DNA of 64,000 nucleotides from Eledone cirrhosa (lineage: Eukaryota), in NCBI GenBank assembly GCA_964016885.1, contig OZ024741.1:227106001-227170000 (forward strand). The letters are read 5' to 3'. Of this stretch, positions 11,270 through 24,480 are shown in pieces. The translations under genes and the position numbers were made by a program. Each line of letters starts with the position of its first letter. Position 1 is the stretch's first letter. The notes under the pieces are model-generated. The model was not told the DNA's origin, did not search any database, and saw only the letters and a program-made list of their open reading frames with translations.

Positions 11270-12525
11270 AAGGTGGTTGTGGAGGTGCCACGGCAAAAAA
11301 GCACCCAGCCCACACTGTAAAGTGTAGGCGCCACGGAAAAAGCACCCAGCACTCACTGTAAATGAGGTTGGTGTTAGGAAGGGCACCCAGCTGTAGAAAT
11401 CAAGCCAAAATCAGTTCCTGTATGAGCAAGGCATGGTCAGCCGGCCAGACACTGCCCACTAGCATGGAAGAACAGACGTAAAACAGTGATGATGATGATG
11501 ATGATGGTGATGAATGCAAATACATTCTGTCCAATGACCGCCCTGATATAATGATAACCATTTAGTCCTACTGAGGGCATAACTTCTGGTACCACAGTAA
11601 AATGAACCCAGTATACTGTGTAAAGTGGTTAATGTTAAGAAAGGCATCTCGCCATAGAAGTCATGCTGACAACAGAACGTACAAATGAGATGTTGTCCTC
11701 TGATCTGACTTGGAGGACAATAACTCAAAATTAAATTGAACTTACTTAAACCATGATGACCCATCCAAACTATACTGATATGGAAAATGGACGTAAAATG
11801 ATGAATAATTTCTAACAAAGGAAGTCAATTACATCAATGCTACTACTTAACTATAGGTGATGAATTGAGAGTCGTTAGAAGATCGGCTAAAATGTTTTGC
11901 AGTATTCATTCCAGTTCTTTATGCTCTGAGACAATGTCAACTTTGCCTGTCATCCTTTCGAGGTCAATAAAAATCGGTTGTTTTTAGGCCTGAAGAGACA
12001 GGTTTAAAATGCCCAAGACTTGCTGTATGTCATCATGGCACCTCTGACTCCACTAGGAGTTATGACCATCCATTACTTGAATGGTACTTAGTTCATAAAC
12101 CTGGGACAAGGTGATAAAAACTGACCTTGCTCACTTACACCTCTCAAAGACAATGTCGTTGGAACGAGATCTTTGTACAGAAGACCCGCCTTCCTTGCAT
12201 ACTAACTTAAACCTAGTCAGTAGGCACCTCTTAACCCAATATAAACCCCACCCACTTCCGTCCACTCTAAAGTGGTCGTGTAGGTGACACGACAAAAAGC
12301 ACCCAGTCCACTCTGTAAAGTGGTCGCGCAGGAGACACGGTAAAAATGTTTCCAGTCCACATTGTAAATGTGGTTGATGTTAGGAAGGCCATCCAGCCAT
12401 AGAAAACCTGCCAGAAACATTTTTGTACAAGCAAGATATGGTCTCCCGACCAATCTCACCTCAAGTGAGACAAAACTGTACAACCCATGCTAGCGTTGAA
12501 GATGAACATTAAACGATGATGATGA
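11270..12525 (+). mobile_element. Cluster of SINE fragments with RTE-type (GAT)n tails (~11270-11512, ~11590-11802, ~12270-12525)
   Basis: Shared AAAAAGCACCCAG...TGTAAAGTGGT...TAGGAAGG.CA.CCAGC..TAGAAA...ACGTAAAA..GATGATGA. Confidence 0.7.
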
Positions 12526-12763
12526 AACTTAAAGTCAATCTCAGTAAGAATCAACCACCATACCAAACATTGCCCTTCAACAAATGAACAGTTAACAACT
12601 ACAAAATCAACAGAAGAGAAAGCTTTATTAAACGATTATTTCTATACATCGCTCCTATAAGTTTAATAAGAGGCTGTGACATGAATGCCTTTTCCAAAGA
12701 CAAATTAACAAAAGCAGCAAATATAAACATGAATGTAAAAGTTAATATAATTTTTTTCTTTAA

Positions 12764-12985
12764 CCCTTTAGCATTTAAACCGGCTGTATCCAGCCAGAAC
12801 TCTCTCTCCTCTTTCTGTTCCAGCCAGCCCTAACTGGCCACTCATACCAATGATAAGGTATTGTTTTCAAAATAAATAACAGCAAAATTTCAAAGCTTTG
12901 ATATTATGTGAGATAATTATACGAATATAAAGCCTATAATATAAAAATACAATAGTATATATAGAGTAATGTAAATGGTAATGGG
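12764..12985. mobile_element. piggyBac-like MITE
   Basis: TTAA|CCCTTTAGCATT ... AATGGTAATGGG|TTAA; related copy at 58435-58620. Confidence 0.7.
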
Positions 12986-13227
12986 TTAAATTAAAATGTT
13001 TTTTCTAACTCTTTATTCTTTATATTTCAATTATTGTTGAAAGGAAACTGAAAATTATAAGTAATAACACTGAACAGTGTGGGAAGGATGTGATCATAGA
13101 TGAGAAAGGAAAGACACATGAGTGAGAAAATAGGTGAAAATATGAGATGTAATAACATCAAGGGAAGGAGAAATAGGTAATAAAATGAGATATGTGTGAT
13201 TGATTTTTGTATTTTATAATGCATATA

Positions 13228-13675
13228 CAGTGATACCTCGCAGTATGTTTAATTTGTTCCATGACTGAGCTCGTTTTATAAATCAATTTTCTCTATTGAA
13301 TTAATTAAAATATAAATAATCCGTTCCAGCCCTCTAAAACCAACCAAAAATCATTTTTTATGGGTTTAAAAACAGAAATGGTGCAGTTATTTGAAAATAA
13401 TAGCAAAAAAAACACACAAAACTAAAAATAAAACAAAAAAAAACACTGGGAAAACACAATAGAGATGCTGCCACAATGAGATAAACACGTGAACTGAGCA
13501 AGCGGAGGCTGCACTTGTTGGGAGAGTGTGTGTGAGTGTAGCACCGACTAGCGGTCTCTTGTATGAAACTCACTGCAGATTTCCACTCGTACTACAAGAC
13601 AAAAATTGGCACAAGCCTCAGCTCATACAGCAAATTACTCGTACAATGGGGCACTCGTACTGTGAGGCTCTACTG
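13228..13675. mobile_element. Tigger/pogo-like MITE
   Basis: Imperfect TIRs TA|CAGTGATACCTCGCAGTA ... TACTGTGAGGCTCTACTG; repeated CTCGTA subterminal motifs. Confidence 0.55.
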
Positions 13676-13767
13676 CTTATATGTGTGTGTGAATCCCGGG
13701 TTCACTCGGGGGTAACCACAATTAATAAAGTAGTCAATACATTAGTAGAGTGTAAACATCAAGTTTA

Positions 13768-14065
13768 ATATAGAAATGGTTTCTACATAACTAGAACTGT
13801 TTCATTCAAAAGAAATCGCCAGGAAAGCCAGCTGTACTTGTAAAACTGTTGTATTTATGTTTTCTGGTGGTTGGGGATGATGGTGGTTCTGGGGATGGGT
13901 GGAGGTCATTGGCCAAGGGATTTTAAATAGGGATTCTTTTAAAAAAATATTTTTAGATATATACACAATAGTACAAGGACACACATAAATGTTACATTCA
14001 TACTCACATACACACATAAACACGAACGCCCACTCTTGAAGGGCTTATTCCTTCTAAGCATATAT
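13768..14065 (-). mobile_element. Solo Penelope pLTR-like repeat with mutated hammerhead (13778-13829)
   Basis: Reverse-complement homolog of 39486-39775; core reads CTGGCGA instead of CTGANGA. Confidence 0.75.
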
Positions 14066-15259
14066 ATATATACAAATGGGACTTGTGCATGACTGGTCAA
14101 CAAAATTTTGCTTTATTTTCTCTGACCAAAGTTTGAGACCAGTTCTCGAGCAGCAGAATTTAAAAATGACAATACTTTTTTTCAATCACGTGATCAGGAT
14201 AAATCGTGGGCCCCACAGCATTTGGCATTCCTATGGTATAGTGGGAGCCAAAGAACCATGCAGAAGATTGCAACTTTTGTCTCACAAAAACTGCTGATTA
14301 TAACAAGATAACTCGACAGAAAATAAGTTACCCAAATCTGGATTCAGCAATTCATCCCTTGCTTCACTCAGATGGAGTAACAGTACCCATTTACACAGTG
14401 GCAGAGGAAAGTGATTTATGTGTATCAGATGAAAATTATGAACATAACAGGGATATAGACTTTGTAGATACAGCAACCAAGGTACGTAAAACTTCAACCA
14501 GGCAGAAGTGAATGATTTAGTTAGAGACTTAAGCCTGTCAAAAGAGTTATCAGAACTGTTAGCTTCTAGACTTAAGGAGAAGAATATCCTGCAGAAAGAA
14601 ACAAATATAACTTTATATCGGAAAAGGGAAAAAGATCTCTTGGCATTCTTTAAAACTGAAAAAAATGTGTTTACTGTTGTGACATGGCGTGATTGTTAAA
14701 AGTGATGGCTGCTCTACAGTATCATCCTCATGAATGGAGACTATTTATAGATAGTACAAAGAGTCTAAAATGTGTATTACTCCAAATAGAAACTTGTTAG
14801 ATGCAATTCCTATTGGTCACTCTGTGCACTTAAAAGAGATGCATGAAAACAAAAACTGTATTAGATTTACTCAAGTTTGAACACAAATGAGACATATATG
14901 TGGATCTGAAAATGGTAAACTTTTTACTTGGCCAACAAGGAGAGTATACAAAATAACCGTGTTTCCTGTGTTTATTGGGAACAGAAGTACTGGCCAGTTA
15001 GAAATAGTCTGACTGTTGGGGAAAAGAATATCATACACCAACCACTTGTTGGGATAGAGAAAATCATCTTCCCACCCTTACATATTAAACTAGGACTTAT
15101 GAAGCAGTTTGTCATGTGGAGGGTGACTGTTTCAAATTCATATGTACAACATTCCCTGGCCTAAGTTATGACTTCATTAATAAAGTTAATGAAAAACCAA
15201 AACTTCTCGAGCTCGATGACCTATGTAAAAAAAAAAAAGAGCATGGAATTCATTATGTC

Positions 15260-16630
15260 TGTTACAAAAGGATTGTAGCAAGAGTTGCCTCCCTTGTTAT
15301 GACAATCACATCACCGCTCTCTAGACAGGAAGTAGTTGGAGTTACTTCCCGTTGGGGTGGCAGAACCCTTTTTGTCACTTCTGTCCCAGGACCTATAACG
15401 GGAATAACTTTCAGCTCTCTACCTCTCATTTGCCCTTTCGGCCAGGCGCGTTCGCCGAGTCTCTACTCTCTGGCAACCCTAAGATGGTCTCTTGCGAGCT
15501 AACTTCAAAACGGTAACAAATAACTTTACTTTATATTTCATCTACTCTTGACATGTCAACAATTCTGTTCTACATAACTTCAACTTGTTAATTAAACTTT
15601 ATATACACAACCTAGTGTCTTGTTATATTCATACACTCCAGTATTTTGTTATAAGTGGTGACCCCGAATAGAAAAGAAAAAAATGGCAGAATCTGGTGTT
15701 GTATGGAAAAAAGAAAATTAATTAGCAGTACCCCATTTTCGTTGGAATGTGTCGACCAACATTTCGAATACGCAGCAAACTTTATTAACAAACTAGGAAA
15801 ATATGCAGACACAGAACGAACACACGTACATGTGAAATTCTCGTTCAGACAGACTCTTTTTCTCTCACGCACGTGTCGTACATCAACTAAGTGTCGCATT
15901 TCACTGGATGTATATATAGGTTTTTCGTTTCTTCTTACAACGAGCATTTTAAAAAAAAATAGAAATTTGATTTTTTTTTTACACTTATTTTCGCTGAATC
16001 TCAACTATTTCTTATTCTTTCCGCCAAGCATTTTTCATCGTTCACAAAAAAGTTGAACTCGCCAGATTTGTTATACCAAGTGAAGCCTTTCTTTCTTTTT
16101 CATCATATTATCACATTCACACAAATTTTTCAAAATGGCTGCCAACAACCTGCTGCACTATCATTTTCGCGCCATTTTCTCGCGCAATAAAATTTTTTTT
16201 TTTTTCAACTTGACTAACTTTGTTTCGGCACGTGTGGGGAGGGGAGCACACATCTCGACTCGCTGAGATAACACACGCCATAGATAATGTTTCTTGCCAA
16301 GGATTCTCCAGCCTTAAGCTATATTCTCATATTTGGGACAGGTCAGGGCGATCTCACTCTCTCGCCTCCTGAATTCCAAAGTATTAACAACACCTGCGAC
16401 CTTGTCATGAGATGACTCCTCTCTCATTTCCTTCGCCATCAAGAAGAATTCCTCCCTCATTTCCTTCACCACTCAAGAAGAATGCCACCGGCAGCCTAAG
16501 AAGATGTTAACACCTCCAAGAGAAGATCTCTGTTCTTCTCCACACACTTCAGCCTAGGAGTTGTGACCAACGGGTAACCATTTATTTGTATTAATCCATT
16601 TGACTTCTGTGAAGTAAAACCTTTGTCACA
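15260..16630 (+). mobile_element. Gypsy-type LTR (~15260-15653) with tRNA-Trp PBS and internal remnant, nested in the Chapaev3 copy
   Basis: Starts TGTTAC, ends TTGTTATA, followed by TGGTGACCCCGA (15656-15667), complementary to the tRNA-Trp 3' end; right boundary uncertain. Confidence 0.6.
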
Positions 16631-16841
16631 ACACACACCGGCATTTATTGTCAATTCTGATAATGCATATATGTACACCGATACTAATCTCCTAAAGGAT
16701 TTTGGAGCAGCAAAAAGGCTGTAAACTACAAGGATTTGGTGAAGACACTGCTTGATAGCTTTCATCTTTTAGGCTGTAACATACATGAGCATAAAGATTC
16801 ATTTCCTCAAGAGCCATCTCGATGAATTTCCTGCTAATCTA

Positions 16842-16911
16842 ATGGAAGCGCTCACCATGCTCGTCACTCATGTCTCCAGACATGAGTGACGAGCATGGTG
16901 AGCGCTTCCAT
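16842..16911. repeat. Perfect 34-bp-arm palindrome within the Chapaev3 transposase
   Basis: ATGGAAGCGCTCACCATGCTCGTCACTCATGTCT-CC-AGACATGAGTGACGAGCATGGTGAGCGCTTCCAT. Confidence 0.97.
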
Positions 16912-17487
16912 CAAGATATCACGGTTATGGAAGAGAGATATCAGTTTAGATGGAACACACACATGATGGCAAACTACAGTTGGAGTATTCAAAGAGACTG
17001 CGTAGACATGACACACTCAGAGGCGCACTCGTAAGTGAAAATTTGTTTCATTAATATTTAATAAAAGGTGATGTTATCTTATATTTCATCTATCATATCA
17101 AATTCTATTGACATTATAACTTATGGTTTCAAGCTATAAGATTTAGTAATCTATCCTAAGTAAATTATATTATTCATACAGTGCATAATAGAATAAGGAT
17201 GTACTATAAAATGAAAACCTGATGTGTTAGGAAAAATAGATGCCATATTTGAAATCAGCACCTCAAAATGAGCTAAAAACAACAACAAAACCTAAGTCAG
17301 CAAAAAGTGTGTTGACCAGTGAATTGTCAGGCTCTGGCCAAAAATGTTGGAATTAATGGGTCATGACACCTGTCAAGTCAATTAGAGGTGAAGGTGGTGG
17401 AATTTGCAACAATAGCAGCGACAGATATATACATATATACATGTACACATATATATATATGTAGATACACATACACACACACATACT

Positions 17488-17528
<41 letters not shown>

Positions 17529-17529
17529 G

Positions 17530-18770
17530 TGTTGAAGCGCCTGCATCAAATGGATCCCGACACCAGAAGGAATAACAGATATGCCTTCAGCCTTGATGTA
17601 GTCGCTCTCTACACCTCGGTCCCGGCACTCCCGGCCGTCAATATACTAATGGAACGCGTCCAATCCACCGACCTACACTGCTTCGGGCTCACCACCACTG
17701 ACATCCACCAACTCCTACTTCGGATTCCTTAACCAAATATACCAACAAACCTCGGGATTGCCCATGGGATCAAGTCTATCAGGTGTGCTAGCGATCTCCT
17801 ACATGGACAACCTCGAACGCAAGGCACTCAACGCCTGCCACCCCAACGCCGTAGCCTTTTTCTCAAGATACGTGGACGATATCCTCACCCTCACATCTTC
17901 CCAAGACACGGCGAACAGAATCTATGAGACGTTCAACAACACGGACGAGAACATTGACTTCAGTGTTGAACACCCCAACGAAGACGGGTCACTTGCCCTC
18001 CTCGACTTCCGAATCAACATCACGGAACAAGGAGGGATCCACTGCAACTTCTACAGAAAGGCAGCCTGCAGGGACCTATTCGTTCACTACAAGTCCGCCC
18101 TCCCTAACAGTGCCAAAAGAGGATACATCACGAACGAGATCGCGCGAATCAAAAACAGATGCAGCGATCCCGCGAGTGGTGTCACTCATACCAAGCGATT
18201 CCTTGAGGTGCTGGAGACGAACGGGTACCCTACCTCGATCACAGACAGAATAGGAGACACCAGATGCAAGAGACAGAGAAGCACCCAAGGCAAGTGCTTC
18301 CTTAAAATGCCACACCTGGGCGAGAAAACCACCAACGCTATCCGCAAGGCTATACGGAGGGAGGGCCTCGACATCCACCTGGCCCCTCCCTGCGAAGATG
18401 CCTCTCCAGGAAGCCCGAAAAATCTACTGACGCATGCTCCCTCAGAGACTGCCCAATACGCCATGCTAACTGTTGCCTACGCACATACGTCGTGTATAAG
18501 ATAGAATGTGACAGGTGCAACCAATACTACATAGGTAGCACAATTCGACCTTTGCACATCCGGATCAAGGAACACACTAAAACCAGGGCCTCGTCTTTCC
18601 GGAAACACATAGACAAATGCGGAAACAAAGACGGAAGGCCCATTGTCACAATTCTAGCGACTGAAAGAAACGTCGGCACGTTACGTATCAAGGAAGCACT
18701 TTTTATCAAACGCCTGCAACCGCAAATAAACAACCGATTAGAGAGAAGCGAAATGAAATGGCTGGTTTAA
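17530..18770 (+). pseudogene. Penelope-like retroelement RT + GIY-YIG endonuclease ORF, 5'-truncated and frameshifted
   Basis: SLDVVALYTSVP, GLPMGSSLSGVLA, RYVDDIL, LALLDF, FYRK; C-terminal VYKIEC..C..YYIGST.RPLHIRIKEH...EALFIK. Confidence 0.92.
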
Positions 18771-19147
18771 GTTAACAAGCGATACAACACACAACACACG
18801 CACACACACACAAACGAGACAACCACACACACACACATTGTAGCTTTCCACCATACGAACATACTACACTGCCAATACAGATGAACAAGGCAACAACACA
18901 CACACACTCAAGCAAGACAACACACGCACACACACACACACAGTAACATCTAACAAACAGGCAGAGAATGGACTGACAGCTAGCGCCATCCCACTCCCTC
19001 ATTCGACCGCTGACCTCTGTACGACCGACCCCATTTCACGCGCACGCGCGCTCTGCCGAATACCTCAGATATTCAAATCAGCAAACAGCGAAAGACGCCT
19101 TCCGGACTTGTCCGACAGACAACCTTTTCCCCCACCCCGGAAAAAAA

Positions 19148-19183
19148 CCCCAGTTGATGGATGTGAATCCGAAATATATAGGG
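19148..19183 (+). ncRNA. Hammerhead-like motif in the 3' pLTR of the Penelope element (variant core)
   Basis: CCC-CAGTTGA-TGGATGTGAATCC-GAAA-TATA-TA-GGG, then ATTAAA; expected position downstream of a PLE ORF. Confidence 0.7.
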
Positions 19184-19938
19184 ACTATTAAATCTCTCCC
19201 AAGGTAACTCTCTCTTGTGTTGTTATTATTATTTTTATCCTTTTACTCTTCCCTTCATTCTACACATCTCACACATCTTATACACACCACGCATCTCAAC
19301 GTACACCCACTTACATCTCTCTCTCCACCACCGGACCTTGTTACCCGGAGATTTACCCATTTGCATTGTCGAGGCTTCCAAACGACTTATAGATATTTAC
19401 TTATTGTTCCACAATGCTTCAAGCAAACTTCAATACTCTCTTATATATATATATATAACAGTGGTTGTTAATAGTAAAATTGATGGTAACAATAGCAACA
19501 GCAATAATGATGATAATGAAGCAAAGAATCTTCAACAATTCAACAACATCCCCAAAGCAATCGCAAATGAGGTGAAAAGATTGCTTGGTATAAAAACGAG
19601 AGGAAACAACAAACAAGGACAGTGCCTTGGTGGAAGAAGCAACTGAAATGTCAAATCAAGGAAATGAGAAAAGACATTGGAAAGCTTGAAATTTTACTAA
19701 ACATAGACACTAAAGATATATTGAAAATAAAATACAACATTAAGGGAAAAGAGCTGAATATTATCATAGAAGAACTTAAGCAACACGTTATAGCAAAAAG
19801 TGCAAAGATTAAATGATATGAGAACAGAGTCAGTCAGTATAGACAGAACCGCATGTTTGACAACAACCAGAAGATGTTATTTGAACAGCTTAAAGGGAAA
19901 GAAAAAGATAACAACACGATCCCTGAAGCCGAACAGAT

Positions 19939-20384
19939 TGTAGTAAGACGCCTCACGCCTCCCGGCGGATAATAGACCAGGCCTAGTTGTCTCCCCCTGG
20001 TTGAGAACACCAGAGGTAAACAGAGACAGCCATGGGAAAGCAGACGGCATACACGCCACAGAAAACAGCCTCTGTACCACGAAACGATAAACAGCCCTCG
20101 GGAACAGCAAACCCCACAATACCTTTGTAATTGTAATTCACCACAACTGACCGCGTATATATTTGGTATGTTTCATTTGTAATATAATAAACACATATAA
20201 ACAGAGTAAACATCACCATTATTTACATTGTTAAATATAACTCTCGTTGTGGTTATTGTCTTGTTTACGCACACACCCACTCACTTGTTATAATTCTCAC
20301 TTACAAAAATGCTAAATAGACGAGGGACCTTCCCTCACGTCTATGTCAATAAACAATCCAACTAGGATACTTCATTTTACCACA
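19939..20384 (+). repeat. 5' LTR (446 bp)
   Basis: TGTAGTAAGACG...AATAAA...TTTTACCACA; matches 24698-25153. Confidence 0.95.
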
Positions 20385-20385
20385 C

Positions 20386-20399
20386 TGGTGACCCGACGT
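20386..20399 (+). promoter_or_regulatory. Primer-binding site, tRNA-Trp-like
   Basis: TGGTGACCCGACGT one base after the LTR. Confidence 0.8.
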
Positions 20400-20879
20400 A
20401 AGAATTTTACGCAGCCTTTTTATTCATTCGCCTAAAGAATTTTACGCAGTCTTTTTATTCAGTTGAACTTCACTGTTATTACCACGTTGCCAACCTTTTC
20501 GCAACTTACAAAATTACAAGAAAAAAGGAAAGGACAGAGAAATAATAAAGTGTTTATACCGTATTGACAAGGTATACAAACCAGCCAAAAAATTTTTCCA
20601 AGATGGCGTTGCTTTCCTTCCCCATTTTGTAATTTTCCGCCAGGACAGGGATATTTTGAATTGCGTGTGTGTTCCATATTTGATCAAGGAAAAAAACTAT
20701 TTTGTAAACATTACTACCCCGCAGGGGATACACATGCCTTACTTTTTTTCCTAAGGGATTTTTAGCCACAGGCTACCTATTGTTGATATCCAACGTGGAT
20801 ATATTCTAAAACATTTTTTTTTTCTCTTTTTCAAGGGTTGATTTGGCTTGCCCGTTGAAGCAACGCTTTTCTCCGGCAT

Positions 20880-21350
20880 TTGCGGGAATTGAGCGATTCC
20901 CAAGATCAGGATAGCCCTTTCATGAAGCAATTGTTCTTCTCTCGCCTACCTCAAGAGGTACAGGCGATCCTAGCCCATATGCTAGAAGTAAATACCCTCG
21001 ACCACATTGCTGTCTCTGCTGACAAAATAGTAGAAGTGACGAAGAGAGACACTTCGAAGCCAAAGTACGTTGCTTCCTCTTCTCTTCCTCAATCACGCTC
21101 ATCAGCGAGTGATGAGAAATTAGTCAAAACAATGGAAGCCATGACTCGTCAAATGGCGGAGTTGTGCAAGGAATTCAGGTCTTTTGGACGGCAGAGGAGC
21201 CGCTCACGAACTTATTCAACTCCTCGCCACCGTAGCCCTTCCAAAACATCAAAACCACCATATTGTTATTACCATGATAAATATGGTGACAAAGCCGCCC
21301 ATTATAGGCCTCCTTGTGCTTACAAGGGAAACGACGACCAGAGTCACTAA
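20880..21350 (+). pseudogene. gag: gag, C-terminal part
   Basis: QLFFSRLPQEVQAIL..ADKI; RSRSR; CYYHDKYGDKAAHYRPPC (CHCC motif with third residue changed); N-terminus not found. Confidence 0.8.
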
Positions 21351-24300
21351 CGGCGGATAGTGCGCTCTGCGAAACATCATCCAACCGCCACTTTTTCCTT
21401 GAGAACCTGCTATCAGGTAGAGCCTTTCTGGTTGACACAGGTGCAGTTTGTTCAATATGGCCTGTGTGTTGTATGAAGGAAACTCCCCCTGAGACACCTA
21501 TTGAGTTGCGGGCAGTAAATTGTTCGCCGATTCGAACCTTCGGACAAATCTCGCTACCTTTGCAGTTCCGTAATCTGCGGCGTGAATTTAAATGGATATT
21601 TACTGTCGCTGCCTTGCCGTATCCGATTCTAGGCGCTGATTTTCTCCACCATTTTTCATTGACGGTGGACCTCCGTCGTAAACGCCTAATTGATGGCATC
21701 ACTGGTTTAACTGTTTTTGGCAAGGCAGCAGGAGTTCCAACGGTTAGTCCGACCTTTTTTCTTGCTAACACCGGTGATACTTACCATGCGTTGTTGAACT
21801 CGTTCCCGCAACTGACTCAGGGAAATTTTCAAGTTGATGAGCCAACTCATACCACGGAGCACTTCGTAACTACGTTTTTTCTCGTCCTCGTCACTTGCCT
21901 CCGGACAAACTCAAAGCAGCGCGATCAGAGTTTGATCATATGCTGCAGTTGGGGATTATTCGTCCGTCCACGAGCCCGTGGGCCTCCCCATTACACATGG
22001 TACCGAAAGCGACTGACGATTGGAGAGCTACTGGAGATTATCGACGCTTAAATTCGATAATGGAACCGGACCGTTATCCTATCCCTCATCTGCAAGACTT
22101 TGCGTCTTCGTTGCAGGGATGCAAGATATTCTCCAAACTGGATTTAATTCGTGCGTACCATCAAATTCCTGTCCATAAAAATGACATTCCAAAAATGGCT
22201 ATAGTTACGCCATTTGGGTCATTTGAGTTTTTTACCATGCCGTTCGGATTAAGGAATGCCGCTAGTACGTTTCAGCAGTTTATGGATGAGGTTACTCTTG
22301 GCCTCAATTTCGTCTATACCTATATTGACGACCTGCTCATTGCTAGTTCTTCTCAAGAACATACGCACCATTTGAATCTTCTTTTCCGCCGATTGAAGGC
22401 ATATAACGTGCAGATTAATGCACCCAAATGTTTTTTTGGTGCCGAGTCACTGACTTTCTTGGGTCACGTCATCGATGCTGACGGTATTCGACCCCGGCCT
22501 GAGCGAGTTAAGGTCATAGAGGATTTGCCTCCACCGACCTCACTACGTCAGTTCTTAGGCCTGATTAACTTTTATAGGTATTTCGTGCCAAATTGTGCAA
22601 GATTGCTTTTCTCCCTGACAGAAATTTAAAAAAATTGTCGGAAGAAGAATGCAGACATTTCTTTGACCGAGGCTCAACTTGCTGATTTTCAGCACGCCAA
22701 AACTGCTTTGGCTAATGCCTCTTTACTGGCACACCCGGTACCCGGTGCAAAGCTAACGCTTTGTGTTGATGCATCGGATATCGCTGTGGGCGCAGTGCTA
22801 CAGCAAAACACCAATGGTTACCAGCAACCGCTGGATTTCTTTTCCAGAAAGATGAGACGTGCTACAGCACCTTTGGAAGGGAGCTTTTGGCCATCTATTT
22901 AGCCGTGAAACATTTTTCACATATGCTAGAGGGTAGACTATTTACTATCCTCACTGACCATAAACCATTAACTTTTGCATTGAGAGCGAAGGCTGATAAA
23001 TACTCGCCCAGAGAGACGAGACACCTTGATTTCATCTCACAATATACGAATGATATCCAACACATTCTGGGTTCACTGAATACAGCGGCCGATGCTTTGT
23101 CCCGCTTACCCGTGACAGCGATCTCGTCACCCTCTGACATAGATCTGACTCGTTTGGCTGCGGATCAGCCTCCCCTTGAGTCATTGGATGTTACATCGCC
23201 TGAGTTTGCGAATTGCGAGATGAAATACTTGCCTCTGTCGACTGCAGTTGGCCAAATTCTCTGCGACGTCTCTTTGAACGTGCCTAGGCCCTTCGTTCCA
23301 GAGAATCATCGTCGGACTGTGTTTCTGGTATTACATAGTTTCTCGCATCCAGGATCTTCTGCCACAGCAAAGCTCATATCAGCTAGATTTTTCTGGCCAA
23401 ATATGAGGCGTGAAATTGCTGCCTGGTGCCGTTCCTGCGTCGCTTGCCAGAAATCAAAGGTCCATCGACACGTCAAGGCTCCCCTGGGTACCTTTACTAA
23501 CCCAGATGTGCGTTTTTCGCACATTCATATTGATATGGTGGGACCTTGGCCTGTCAGCGATGGTTATTCTTATCTGCTGACCATAATTGACCGTTTTTCG
23601 AGATGGCCTGAAGCCATCCCCTTGAAAAACATCACTGCTGAGACAACAGCGCGTGCTCTTGTGTCTGGATGGATCTCTCGTTATGGAGTTCCATCCACAG
23701 TAACTATCGACCGTGGACGACAGTTCGAGTCGAGCCTTTTCCTCGAACTGTCAAAATTAATTGGTGCTAAACGCATCAGAACTACGGCGTACCATCCCGC
23801 TTCGAATGGTATGGTGGAGCGTTTTCACCGACAACTGAAGGCCTCCTTAATGGCCTCAATGGACTCGGCGCATTGGAGCGAGTACCTCCCTATTGTGCTA
23901 CTAGGGATTCGGTCAACGGTGAAGGTCGACTTTGGATTTTCACCGGCCAAAGTACTGTACGGTGCCCCTCTGACGTTTCCCGGGCAAATGCTTGCCCCTA
24001 TCAATCTTGATGCCCAAGATCACGCTTCCTACGTGTCCCGTTTGCGCTCCTATTTCCAGAATTTGCCGCCAATGGACACTAGGAAACAAACTGTCAAGAC
24101 TGCTGTCCCGAGGGATGTTGCCTTGTGGACGCATGTCTTTGTAAGGAAAGATTCTGTGAAGCCCCCGCTCACACAGCCTTACACTGGACATTACCGTGTC
24201 TTAGCGCGCTCGGCTAAGCATTTCACTTTAGATATTAAAGGGTCCAGGGAGACAGTTACAATAGACAGGCTTAAGCAGGCACACCTTGACATGGACGCTG

Positions 24301-24480
24301 TGGTTCCTGATCCACGAACCCCTTCGTATTTGCCTGTTGAGCGAACGCCTGTTCCTGAACCACCATCATCGCCTGTCCCTACACCAACACTATCGCCACA
24401 TTACAAGACCACGACCCGTTCAGGTCGTAGGGTCGACTGGCCCCAAAAAATTTTGCAGCACCGTCTATATTTAGACTATG
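21326..24480 (+). pseudogene. pol: pol (protease, RT, RNase H, integrase), disrupted
   Basis: [79 protein letters not shown]; frameshifts near 21870 and 22850, stop at 22629. Confidence 0.93.

Larger units (their letters stand above)
14091..17321 (+). mobile_element. Decayed Chapaev3-type (CMC) DNA transposon
   Basis: TIRs GACTGGTCAACA / TGTTGACCAGTG; transposase remnants NDLVRDLSLSKELSELLASRLKE, EWRLFIDS, KIIFPPLHIKLGLMKQFV, MSIKIHFLKSHLD, SDEHGERFHQDI; many frameshifts; interrupted at ~15170-16690. Confidence 0.8.
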
